Source: Clostridia bacterium (GTDB lineage: Bacteria; Bacillota; Clostridia; Monoglobales; Firm-18). From it: a DNA stretch of 64,000 nucleotides. The stretch is taken from contig JAZQAN010000064.1 of the NCBI GenBank assembly GCA_045545235.1, positions 7,698 through 71,697 on the forward strand. Reading direction: 5' to 3'. The translations under genes and the position numbers were made by a program. Positions 54,438 to 62,764 of this stretch are shown piece by piece. The notes under the pieces were generated by a model, which saw only the letters and a list, made by a program, of their open reading frames with translations, had not been told where the DNA came from and ran no database searches. Each line of letters opens with the position of its first letter. Positions within the stretch are counted from its first letter, which is position 1.

Positions 54438-54959
54438 ATGATTATTAATTCTAATGGTAAAATTTTTGGTAAAATAAGTATTGTTGATGTTTTGATAATC
54501 ATACTTATTATTGCAGCTATATTTGGAGCGTATTTCAGGTTTTCAAATAATCCAAGTGATACAAAGGTAGAAAGCGCATCTACATTGGGTGAATATGAAA
54601 AAACTGATTTTTATTATACTATAAGCATAAAAGAAATTCGCGAAAACAATAAAAATCATCTTATAGAAGCCGTTGGGGAAGAGTTTTGTCTTAATGGTGA
54701 TACTAGTTTCCCAATGGGTAATTTGGAAGCTTATGAGTTAGAAGAGGCTAAAACACTTGTTTATTTAACTGATGGAAGCGTAGTCAGCAAAACAATACCT
54801 GGTAAATATGATGTTAATTTGACATTTAAAATCAATGGTTACGAAAACAAAGGTGGTTTCTTTACAAAACAATTATATGAATTGTGTGCAGGAAGGTCTT
54901 ATTCAATAAGTTCATTGCATTGTTCGGTATATGGTACTATAGAAAATATCTGGAAATAA
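54438..54959 (+). CDS. DUF4330-like single-pass membrane protein (paralog)
   Basis: GKISIVDVLIIILIIAAIFGAYF anchor. ATG 54438 follows GAGGTG. Confidence 0.55.
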   Translation: MIINSNGKIFGKISIVDVLIIILIIAAIFGAYFRFSNNPSDTKVESASTLGEYEKTDFYYTISIKEIRENNKNHLIEAVGEEFCLNGDTSFPMGNLEAYELEEAKTLVYLTDGSVVSKTIPGKYDVNLTFKINGYENKGGFFTKQLYELCAGRSYSISSLHCSVYGTIENIWK

Positions 54960-54974
54960 TAATCGGGTGAAAAA

Positions 54975-56303
54975 ATGAAAAGAATATTAGCGATTTTGAT
55001 AACAAAAATTCTTATTATATGCGGAAAATTGATTGGTAAAAAAAGTTCGTCAGCTCCTGGATATTATGCTATGAAAATTTGTCCCGGTATATTAAAATAC
55101 TTGTCACAACAAATTAAAAAAGATATTATTGTTGTATGTGGTACAAATGGAAAAACTACAACTAATAACCTTATTAATTCTTTGATAATATCAGCAGGTA
55201 ATAAAACGGTTTGCAATGAACTTGGTGCAAACATGCTTCCCGGAATAGCTACTGCTTTTATTGAAAAAGCAAATATTTTTGGTAAACTTAATGCAGATTA
55301 TGCTTGTTTAGAAATAGATGAAATGTCAGCTATAAAAGTTTTTGAACATTTGCTACCCAATTATATAATCGTTAATAATCTTTTTCGTGATCAATTGGAT
55401 AGATACGGTGAAGTTGAGTTAACTTTAGGATATCTAGAAAAAGCAATTTCAATGTGTGATAATGTAAAACTAATACTAAACGCAGATGACCCTGTTGTCA
55501 CTTCGTTATCTAAAAAAACTAAAAAAACTTCTTGTTTTTTTGGTATAGGTGAAAAAACAAGTGAGCCTCTTAATGAAACAAAAGAAGGTCGTTTTTGTGT
55601 TTTCTGTGGCAATGAGCTGTCGTATGATTTTTCACATTATAGCCAACTTGGAAAATACAAATGCCAGAATTGTGGATACAAACGACCTGATGTGGATTTC
55701 GAGGCGTACAATGTTAAAATTACTGATGGATTGAAATTTGTTGTAAATAATAAAGAGTTTGATTTGAATTACAGAGGATTTTATAATATTTACAATGTAT
55801 TGGCAGCATATTCAGTTTTATCTGTTGCTAATGTATCTATTTCTGACATTAATAAATCATTACAAGAATTCAAACCACAGATTGGAAGAATGGAAACATT
55901 TACTATAAACAATAAAAAAGTAATCTTAAATCTTGCGAAAAATCCAGCAGGTTTCAATCAGGCTATTTCAACCGTGATGTCTGATATTCGTTTAAAAAAC
56001 ATTATTGTTGCAGTTAATGATAAACCATCTGACGGCAGGGATATTTCATGGATATGGGATGTCGATTTTGAAGCGTTTGCTAAAATTAATGCCAATAAGA
56101 TATATACTTCCGGTATTAGACATAATGATTTGGCAGTACGTTTTAAATATGCCGATTTAAAAAACGTTGAAGATTACGAAAATATTAAAGATGCTATATT
56201 AAAAGGTATAGAGGAAGAATGTGAAGTATTTTATGTTCTTGTAAATTATACAATGCTTTTTGAAACTCAGAGTATTCTTAAGGATTTGGAGAGTGACAAA
56301 TGA
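54975..56303 (+). CDS. murT: Lipid II isoglutaminyl synthase subunit MurT (Mur ligase family)
   Basis: Mur ligase P-loop CGTNGKTTT, Cys4 ribbon CVFCGNEL...CQNCGYKRP, and a DUF1727-like C-terminus. It is followed by gatD. Confidence 0.85.
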   Translation: MKRILAILITKILIICGKLIGKKSSSAPGYYAMKICPGILKYLSQQIKKDIIVVCGTNGKTTTNNLINSLIISAGNKTVCNELGANMLPGIATAFIEKANIFGKLNADYACLEIDEMSAIKVFEHLLPNYIIVNNLFRDQLDRYGEVELTLGYLEKAISMCDNVKLILNADDPVVTSLSKKTKKTSCFFGIGEKTSEPLNETKEGRFCVFCGNELSYDFSHYSQLGKYKCQNCGYKRPDVDFEAYNVKITDGLKFVVNNKEFDLNYRGFYNIYNVLAAYSVLSVANVSISDINKSLQEFKPQIGRMETFTINNKKVILNLAKNPAGFNQAISTVMSDIRLKNIIVAVNDKPSDGRDISWIWDVDFEAFAKINANKIYTSGIRHNDLAVRFKYADLKNVEDYENIKDAILKGIEEECEVFYVLVNYTMLFETQSILKDLESDK

Positions 56304-57022
56304 AACTTAGAATAGCACATATGTATCCTGAAATTTTAAACCTTTATGGTGATTTTGGAAATATTATTTCCTTAAAAAAACGCGCTGAATGGCGAAATAT
56401 TGAAGTAGAGATTTCAGAATACGCATTAAATGATGAAGTCGATTTTAATAATATTGATATACTTTTTATCGGCGGAGGATCTGATAAAGAACAAATTCTT
56501 GTTTGTGAAAAACTCAAAGAGCATAAGAATGAAATTAAAAAATATGTTGAAAATAATGGTGTACTTCTTGCTTTTTGTAGTGGGTATGAAATTCTTGGCA
56601 ATAGATTTTCTTTAAATGGAAACACCTATACCGGATTGGGTATACTTGATATGTGCACAGAACATAAGAATAGCAGATTAATAAGTGATGTTGTAATAAA
56701 AACAAGTTTTTTGGACAGACCGGTTGTTGGTTTTGAAAATCATTCTGGCAGAACTTTTATAGGTAACGATTCTGATTGTTCATTGGGTGAAGTTATATAC
56801 GGAAATGGAAATAATGGAGAAGATGGAAAAGAGGGTATGGTATACAAAAATGTTTTTGGAACCTATCTTCACGGTCCTTTGTTTCCTAAAAACCCTCACT
56901 TGTGCGATTACATTATTAAAAAAGCCTTGCAGAACAAATATGGTGAAGTTGTTCTGCAAGAACTTAATGATGAAATTGAATTTTTAGCAAATGAATATAT
57001 TGTTAATCGTTTTAGCAATTAA
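56300..57022 (+). CDS. gatD: Lipid II isoglutaminyl synthase glutaminase subunit GatD (CobQ/CobB-type GATase)
   Basis: FIGGGSD, the nucleophile context FCSGYEILG and the His context GTYLHGPL. 4-nt overlap with murT. Confidence 0.85.
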   Translation: MKLRIAHMYPEILNLYGDFGNIISLKKRAEWRNIEVEISEYALNDEVDFNNIDILFIGGGSDKEQILVCEKLKEHKNEIKKYVENNGVLLAFCSGYEILGNRFSLNGNTYTGLGILDMCTEHKNSRLISDVVIKTSFLDRPVVGFENHSGRTFIGNDSDCSLGEVIYGNGNNGEDGKEGMVYKNVFGTYLHGPLFPKNPHLCDYIIKKALQNKYGEVVLQELNDEIEFLANEYIVNRFSN

Positions 57023-57737
57023 GACTCGAAATTTTTGCAATAAGACGTCTTATTGAGTTTTTGACATTTTCACTTGGTGTTGAATTATTATTGTGATCAA
57101 AAAGCATTATAAAATCTGATATATCGTCGTAATGCTGGTTTGAAGAGTTTTCTTGTATTTCCATAATGGTGTAATAAAATTTATTAAAATCGTTATTGCT
57201 TAATTCTTTTAAAGCGTGTTTTAAAAGTCCACTAAAATGTGGAATACAAAAACCTTCTTGCAAAGAAAATTTTTCCTGAAAATCAGGCTGCGTTTTCCAC
57301 ATATATATTAAGTTTTCAAGATAACGTTCCATTGTATCTTTAACGCGTTCACATACCAAGCAGTTTGTGGTCAAAGAATCTATATGATCAGTTATTTTTG
57401 TTGTTGATATACGTTCCGGAGTTTGCTTTTTCATAAAAGCAGGTTTGGATTTGTTTTCAACTTTTTTAGAAAATATATCTTTGTTTTGTTGTTGAATATG
57501 GGTTTGCAATACCAATGCTAGAGGAAGAGCTTTGCTGTTTTCGAGCAAACTTTTATAGTGTATCTTGCAAAACCCTTTTTTATTTGACTTAATACGAAAG
57601 TCAGGTTCCATCATTGCAGGACCTAATGTGTATTCAATTTCTTCTCTTTCGAGTCTGTTTTCAATTTCACATAATGCACAACTGCATTTTTTATCAAATG
57701 CTTCATTAATAGGAATTGTATATATTGTTTCTTTCAT
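57012..57737 (-). CDS. DUF6062-like Cys/His-rich protein
   Basis: Two internal copies of CxxC-(~35 aa)-PDF-x(9-11)-GFCxxH[YF]. No enzyme motifs were recognised. Confidence 0.55.
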   Translation of the reverse strand: MKETIYTIPINEAFDKKCSCALCEIENRLEREEIEYTLGPAMMEPDFRIKSNKKGFCKIHYKSLLENSKALPLALVLQTHIQQQNKDIFSKKVENKSKPAFMKKQTPERISTTKITDHIDSLTTNCLVCERVKDTMERYLENLIYMWKTQPDFQEKFSLQEGFCIPHFSGLLKHALKELSNNDFNKFYYTIMEIQENSSNQHYDDISDFIMLFDHNNNSTPSENVKNSIRRLIAKISSLNC

Positions 57738-57795
57738 TTTAATGCTCCTTTTATTGTTATGCTATTTATTATATCACTTTTGTATTTAAAAGTAA

Positions 57796-58620
57796 ATGGA
57801 AAGGATGATTTTTGTGAAAATCAAAAACAAAGATTTTGATTTGATACATACTTTTGAATGTGGTCAATGTTTCCGGTGGAATATGAACGAAGATAAGTCA
57901 TATACCGGAGTTGTAAAAGATTCTTTGATTACAGTTAAATCAACTGATGATTGTTTTGAATTTGACATAGATGACTATGAGTTTATAAACTCATATTTTA
58001 ATTTTAATACAAACTATTCAGACATAAAAAAAATATTAACTGAAAAAGATGCAATATTGGCAAAAGCGATTCCTTCAGGATACGGTATCAGACTTTTAAA
58101 ACAAGAACCGTGGGAGGCTTTGGTTTCTTTTATAATATCAGCTAATAACAATATACCACGAATAAAAAAAATAATAGAAAACTTATGTTTTTATTATGGA
58201 AAAAAATTAAAATCAGGAAATAACTATTATTATACTTTTCCCGATGCAGATGTTCTTTGTTCTCTGTCAGTAGAAGAATTAGATGTTATTAAAAGTGGCT
58301 TTCGAGCAAAATATATTATTGATGCTGCAAAAAAAGTTAGTGATAAAACCATAGATCTTAATTCAATATATTCTATGGATACAAAAACCGCAAGAGAATA
58401 TTTAAAACAAATAAAGGGCGTAGGTAATAAAGTGGCAGATTGTGTCTTGCTTTTTGCGTATCAAAAATACGATGTATTTCCAAAAGATGTATGGATAAAA
58501 AAAGTACTAAATGATCTATATGGTGTTGACGAAAAAAACTTTGATTTTTTTGTACAAAAAAATTTTGGGAGTTTAGCAGGTTTTGCGCAACAATATCTTT
58601 TTTACTATATGAGAAGATAA
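57796..58620 (+). CDS. ogg: 8-oxoguanine DNA glycosylase/AP lyase (OGG, HhH-GPD)
   Basis: N-terminal FECGQCFRW. HhH-GPD motif IKGVGNKVADCVLLFAY with the catalytic Lys, and the downstream Asp in FPKDVW. The start may be GTG 57814. Confidence 0.8.
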   Translation: MERMIFVKIKNKDFDLIHTFECGQCFRWNMNEDKSYTGVVKDSLITVKSTDDCFEFDIDDYEFINSYFNFNTNYSDIKKILTEKDAILAKAIPSGYGIRLLKQEPWEALVSFIISANNNIPRIKKIIENLCFYYGKKLKSGNNYYYTFPDADVLCSLSVEELDVIKSGFRAKYIIDAAKKVSDKTIDLNSIYSMDTKTAREYLKQIKGVGNKVADCVLLFAYQKYDVFPKDVWIKKVLNDLYGVDEKNFDFFVQKNFGSLAGFAQQYLFYYMRR

Positions 58621-58834
58621 TTTTACATTTTTTTGTAAATTTTTTTGATAAAAAATGATTTTTAAGTAGATTTTTGAAATAAAGTATGTTATAATTGATT
58701 TAAATCTAATTGTAAAATGTATTTTAAAATACATTTATAGGTTATGTTCTAAAAATTCCACTTGCTATTGCTCGTGCAAGACAAGTGAGTAAAAAAACAT
58801 GAAAAGGAAAAAAGTAAGTAGGAGGATTTTAAAA

Positions 58835-59791
58835 GTGATAACACACGGTAAAAACATTAAGGTATTTTCTGCAAACGCAAATCAGGAACTGGCTAAGGCA
58901 ATTGCTGCAAAATTAGGTGTAGAACTTGGTGATGCACAAGTACTTAACTTTAGTGATGGTGAAATTGGTGTTAACATCAATGAAACAGTAAGAGGTCAGG
59001 ATGTATTTATTGTACAGTCTACTTCATATCCTGTAAATGACCATTTAATGGAACTTCTTATTATGATTGATGCTTGTAAACGTGCTTCGGCAGGTCGTAT
59101 TACAGCTGTTATGCCTTATTATGGATATGCAAGACAGGATAGAAAAGCTAAAGCAAGAGATCCAATTTCTGCAAAATTAGTTGCTGATCTTATAGCTAAA
59201 GCCGGTGCTGATAGAGTTCTTACAATGGATCTACATGCAGCTCAGATACAGGGATTCTTCGATATACCTGTTGACCATTTGTTAGGTGTGCCTATTCTTG
59301 CACCATATTTTAATGAAAAATTTGCAGATAAAAAGGATGAAGTTGTCGTTGTTTCTCCTGATCTTGGTAGTGTTACAAGGGCAAGAAACTTCGCAACAAG
59401 ACTTGATGTTCCTATTGCCATTATAGATAAAAGAAGACCTAAAGCTAATGTTTGTGAGGTTATGAACATTATAGGTGATATAAAAGATAAAATATGTATC
59501 ATTGTTGACGATATGGTTGATACTGCAGGTACACTTTGTAATGGTGCAAACGCTCTTAAAGAAAGAGGTGCAAAAGAAGTCTATGCTTGTGCAACTCATG
59601 GTGTACTTTCCGGCCCTGCTATTGAAAGAATTCAGAATTCTGTTTTTGATGAACTTGTAATTCTTGATACTATATGTCAACCAAGTGAGAAAAAAATTGA
59701 TAAATTAAAATTTCTTTCAGTTGCTGATGTTTTTGCTGAAGCAATAAAGAGAATCTATGACGATACATCAATTAGTGAAATTTTTGATTAA
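58835..59791 (+). CDS. prs: Ribose-phosphate pyrophosphokinase
   Basis: [20 protein letters not shown] and the PRPP-binding loop [14 protein letters not shown] 58835 lies 8 nt after AGGAGG. Confidence 0.93.
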   Translation: MITHGKNIKVFSANANQELAKAIAAKLGVELGDAQVLNFSDGEIGVNINETVRGQDVFIVQSTSYPVNDHLMELLIMIDACKRASAGRITAVMPYYGYARQDRKAKARDPISAKLVADLIAKAGADRVLTMDLHAAQIQGFFDIPVDHLLGVPILAPYFNEKFADKKDEVVVVSPDLGSVTRARNFATRLDVPIAIIDKRRPKANVCEVMNIIGDIKDKICIIVDDMVDTAGTLCNGANALKERGAKEVYACATHGVLSGPAIERIQNSVFDELVILDTICQPSEKKIDKLKFLSVADVFAEAIKRIYDDTSISEIFD

Positions 59792-59792
59792 T

Positions 59793-60350
59793 ATGGATAA
59801 ATTTCTTATAGTTGGTTTAGGTAATCCGGATAGAAAATATATTAATACTCGACATAATGTTGGCTTTCAAATGATTGATGTTCTTGCATCATATTATGAT
59901 ATTAAAGTCACCAAGGTAAAGTGTAAGGCTATAATTGGAGAAGGTAGAATAGGAAGATATCCTGTTGTACTTGCCAAACCTCAAACATATATGAATCTTT
60001 CCGGTGAAAGTGTTTTGGAGCTTTGTAATTATTTTAAACTCCCTTATGATAATGTTGTTGTGTTATATGATGATATTTCATTGGATGTCGGAAAAATACG
60101 AATAAGACAAAAGGGAAGTGCCGGCGGTCATAATGGTATGAAAAATATAATATATCATTTACAGACTGATGATTTTATCAGAGTAAGATTTGGTATCGGA
60201 CAGCCTGTAGGAGATCTCGCAGATTATGTTTTATCCAATTTTTCAAAAGACGAAACAAAAGTACTTATCGAAAGCGCAAAAAATGTCCCTGATATAATGC
60301 AGCTTATTATTGATGGTGATATTTCAAAGGCAATGAATAAATATAACTGA
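59793..60350 (+). CDS. pth: Peptidyl-tRNA hydrolase
   Basis: LIVGLGNPDRKYINTRHNVGF and AGGHNGMKNI motifs. Confidence 0.93.
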   Translation: MDKFLIVGLGNPDRKYINTRHNVGFQMIDVLASYYDIKVTKVKCKAIIGEGRIGRYPVVLAKPQTYMNLSGESVLELCNYFKLPYDNVVVLYDDISLDVGKIRIRQKGSAGGHNGMKNIIYHLQTDDFIRVRFGIGQPVGDLADYVLSNFSKDETKVLIESAKNVPDIMQLIIDGDISKAMNKYN

Positions 60351-60357
60351 TTATATT

Positions 60358-60387
60358 GATGAGTTTCCGGAGTACCGGAAACTCATC
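60358..60387 (+). terminator. Terminator-like hairpin after pth
   Basis: 13-bp stem GATGAGTTTCCGG/CCGGAAACTCATC with a 4-nt loop. The tail is AAAAATTTTT, which is not a clean U-tract. Confidence 0.6.
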
Positions 60388-60407
60388 AAAAATTTTTAAA
60401 AAAAGTA

Positions 60408-60436
60408 TTGACATTATATATAAAACATGATATAAT
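60408..60436 (+). promoter_or_regulatory. Consensus sigma-A promoter of the tRNA-Ser pair (TTGACA-17-TATAAT)
   Basis: Both hexamers are perfect with a 17-nt spacer. The tRNA starts 16 nt after the -10. Confidence 0.8.
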
Positions 60437-60451
60437 ATTTTTCGTTGGCAC

Positions 60452-60541
60452 GGAGAGGTGTCTGAGTGGTTTAAAGAGCTGGTCTTGAAAACCAGTGACG
60501 GTTTGCGCCGTCCGGGGGTTCGAATCCGCCCCTCTCCTCCA
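60452..60541 (+). tRNA. tRNA-Ser (anticodon UGA), class II with long variable arm, CCA encoded
   Basis: Manual fold: acceptor GGAGAGG/CCTCTCC, anticodon stem CTGGT/ACCAG with loop CTTGAAA, variable arm GACGG/CCGTC, T-loop TTCGAAT. The T-stem GGGGG/CCGCC has one G-G mismatch. Confidence 0.85.
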
Positions 60542-60604
60542 TAAAACTTCGAGTAATTATTACTTCGGAGTTTTTAATTTAATATTTCAATTTAGCTACG
60601 GTTT

Positions 60605-60695
60605 GGAGAAGTACTCAAGAGGCCGAAGAGGCGCCCCTGCTAAGGGTGTAGGTCGGGAAACCGGCGCGAGAGTTCAAATCTCTCCTTCTCCGCCA
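60605..60695 (+). tRNA. tRNA-Ser (anticodon GCU), class II, CCA encoded
   Basis: Manual fold: acceptor GGAGAAG/CTTCTCC, anticodon loop CTGCTAA, variable arm GTCGG/CCGGC, T-arm GAGAG-TTCAAAT-CTCTC. Confidence 0.9.
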
Positions 60696-60702
60696 CAAAA
60701 AG

Positions 60703-60731
60703 GCAAGTCATTTTTTATGGCTTGCTTTTTT
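60703..60731 (+). terminator. Rho-independent terminator after the tRNA pair
   Basis: Stem GCAAGTCAT/ATGGCTTGC (one G-U pair) followed by T7. Confidence 0.8.
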
Positions 60732-60906
60732 TGTAATCCTTTATAAACAAATTTGAACAGGGCATTCTTATTACAAACTATTCGATAAAAATGTGTCTTA
60801 TATCAGTTTTATGTATAAATTATAACTTAATCGTAGAATATCTTAAGTAAACAAAAAATAGCAATGATATAATATATTCAAATATAGTGTTAAAATAAAA
60901 ATTGAT

Positions 60907-61485
60907 ATGTTCGGAGGATTACAAATTAATTTTGAATTTTATACACAAATAATGACAGATATAAAAGAGTGTATCAGACCGCATAAAAGCATAACCTTCA
61001 CTTTTGGCGGCAATGGAAATGAATATGCAGGACCAAAGGCTGTTGAACTGGCGTATCGAGAAGCAATGGAACAGTTGACAGATTCTTGTCTTTCCAATGA
61101 AGCTATATATGCTAGGGGTGACAGAAACATTCAATTTACTATTTACCAAAACCAAAACGGATGTCGTGATATATACTTTATTGCCACCGATTGGCATATT
61201 AAAAATCCTGACAGTGTGGGTACACTTGTTTTGAATGGAAACGAATACTCAATCCCGGTTACCTTGAAATATCCGGTTAAAGTTACCGCATACGGAGATT
61301 GCGTACTGTATCCTGAAAACAGCGAAAATGAAGTCATTAGCATTGATGCTTCCACTGCCCGTGTACAAGGGATAGGTATTGCTAAATTTATTTTATGCAA
61401 AGATGGCATTTGTACAGATATTTTTGTTGACTTTTCAACCCAATCGGTACAAAATATTGATATATTAGATAAAAATATTATTTAA
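60907..61485 (+). CDS. Hypothetical protein (about 192 aa, start uncertain)
   Basis: Long ORF with no recognisable motif. There is no SD before ATG 60907, and a GGAGGA lies inside the ORF at 60913. The downstream gene starts 17 nt after the stop. Confidence 0.5.
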   Translation: MFGGLQINFEFYTQIMTDIKECIRPHKSITFTFGGNGNEYAGPKAVELAYREAMEQLTDSCLSNEAIYARGDRNIQFTIYQNQNGCRDIYFIATDWHIKNPDSVGTLVLNGNEYSIPVTLKYPVKVTAYGDCVLYPENSENEVISIDASTARVQGIGIAKFILCKDGICTDIFVDFSTQSVQNIDILDKNII

Positions 61486-61502
61486 ATGAGGAGGAAAATT
61501 AA

Positions 61503-62612
61503 ATGGAAAAGATTTTAACAGGTTTTTGTTTTACTGACATACATAATCAACAAGCTATGTTAGATTATCCTACAAAAATCAGGACATCTCTTGTTCAGGC
61601 AAATGAATTGGCAGTGAAAGAGTTTGGTAAAGCGGACATTGCGCTTATAGGTGGTGATAATATATCAGATTATCCATACTGGAACAAATCCTGCTGGTTG
61701 CCCAAGAAAAATTTCCTTGACCTTAAGCAAAAAATCCATAAATGTGTTTCTGCTAGTGTTAAGGATGGCAAGGTATTATATGTTGCAGGAAACAATGATA
61801 TGATACTTGGTGACATTGGTAACGATGAAAATGACCCATATAATACTACAGATTTTTATGATTTAATGGATAATGCTTTCGGTGTGCTTCCTGAAAATGA
61901 AAAGATTGCTCTTGTATCTAAAGAAAAACCATCAGAGCGTTATTTAGGTGCATTTCATTATATAGTTAATGGTATTGACTTTATCGGCATCAATATTGAC
62001 CCGGATACTGCATTTAATTCGCACGAGGGAAGTTATAGTGACGAAACAATGATTTGGGTAAAGAATAAATTGAATGAAATAGACCCAGACGGAACAAAAC
62101 CTGTTTTTGTTGTCGGGCATTTGTCAGCAATATATTATTATAATGACGGTGAGTTAGTTGAAACACTAATAAACGGAAATCGGGCATTGTTTTATGATAT
62201 ATTTAAAGGTCATAAAAATACTTTTTATCTGTACGGTCATGTGCACGGTGAAAGAGCATGTTATAAGGAATTTTCGTCCGGTGCAGTTTTACACATAAAT
62301 GACCATGAACTTCCTATTGATAAAAACCTTACGGAAATTGATTCCAGGGGAAAAGAATATGAGTATTCTTTAGTTCATATGGGAGGCTTAAGACCATTTG
62401 CAAAACATCTTTTTGAGGAAGATGGAATTAGTGGATATGGCGGTGAAAAAGAATTAAAATATTTTCACAGTACAGCGACACCAAAACTTGCACAGTATAT
62501 GGTTTTCGAAGTATATCAGAACCGAGTAGTATTTTATATCAGAAATACGGGATCACTTGAAAGCTACAGCCAAAATGACATCCTGAAAGAATATACAGTA
62601 TATTTTAAATAA
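61503..62612 (+). CDS. Calcineurin-like metallophosphoesterase
   Basis: MPP motifs in order: FTDIH, GGDNISD, AGNNDM (GNND variant of GNHD/E), VVGHLS, GHVHGE. SD GAGGAGG lies upstream. No signal peptide. Confidence 0.8.
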   Translation: MEKILTGFCFTDIHNQQAMLDYPTKIRTSLVQANELAVKEFGKADIALIGGDNISDYPYWNKSCWLPKKNFLDLKQKIHKCVSASVKDGKVLYVAGNNDMILGDIGNDENDPYNTTDFYDLMDNAFGVLPENEKIALVSKEKPSERYLGAFHYIVNGIDFIGINIDPDTAFNSHEGSYSDETMIWVKNKLNEIDPDGTKPVFVVGHLSAIYYYNDGELVETLINGNRALFYDIFKGHKNTFYLYGHVHGERACYKEFSSGAVLHINDHELPIDKNLTEIDSRGKEYEYSLVHMGGLRPFAKHLFEEDGISGYGGEKELKYFHSTATPKLAQYMVFEVYQNRVVFYIRNTGSLESYSQNDILKEYTVYFK

Positions 62613-62641
62613 CCCAACGAAAAAAATTTAATTTGTAAATC

Positions 62642-62676
62642 AAAACCAAGTCTTTTTTATGACTTGGTTTTTTATT
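62642..62676 (+). terminator. Rho-independent terminator
   Basis: 11-bp stem AAAACCAAGTC/GACTTGGTTTT plus a T-tract. Confidence 0.85.
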
Positions 62677-62705
62677 GTTAAATGTGCTTTTTTCGATATA
62701 AACTA

Positions 62706-62734
62706 TTGCGTATTTTGTAAAATTATGGTATTAT
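62706..62734 (+). promoter_or_regulatory. Putative sigma-A promoter (TTGCGT-17-TATTAT)
   Basis: The hexamers were read directly and have a 17-nt spacer, 30 nt upstream of the start at 62765. Confidence 0.45.
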
Positions 62735-62764
62735 TTATAGGAACATAGTTAATTGGAGGTAAAT

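Noticed and set aside
60495-60746. 83-aa plus-strand ORF
   Set aside because: It lies entirely across two well-folding tRNA-Ser genes and their terminator, so it is spurious.
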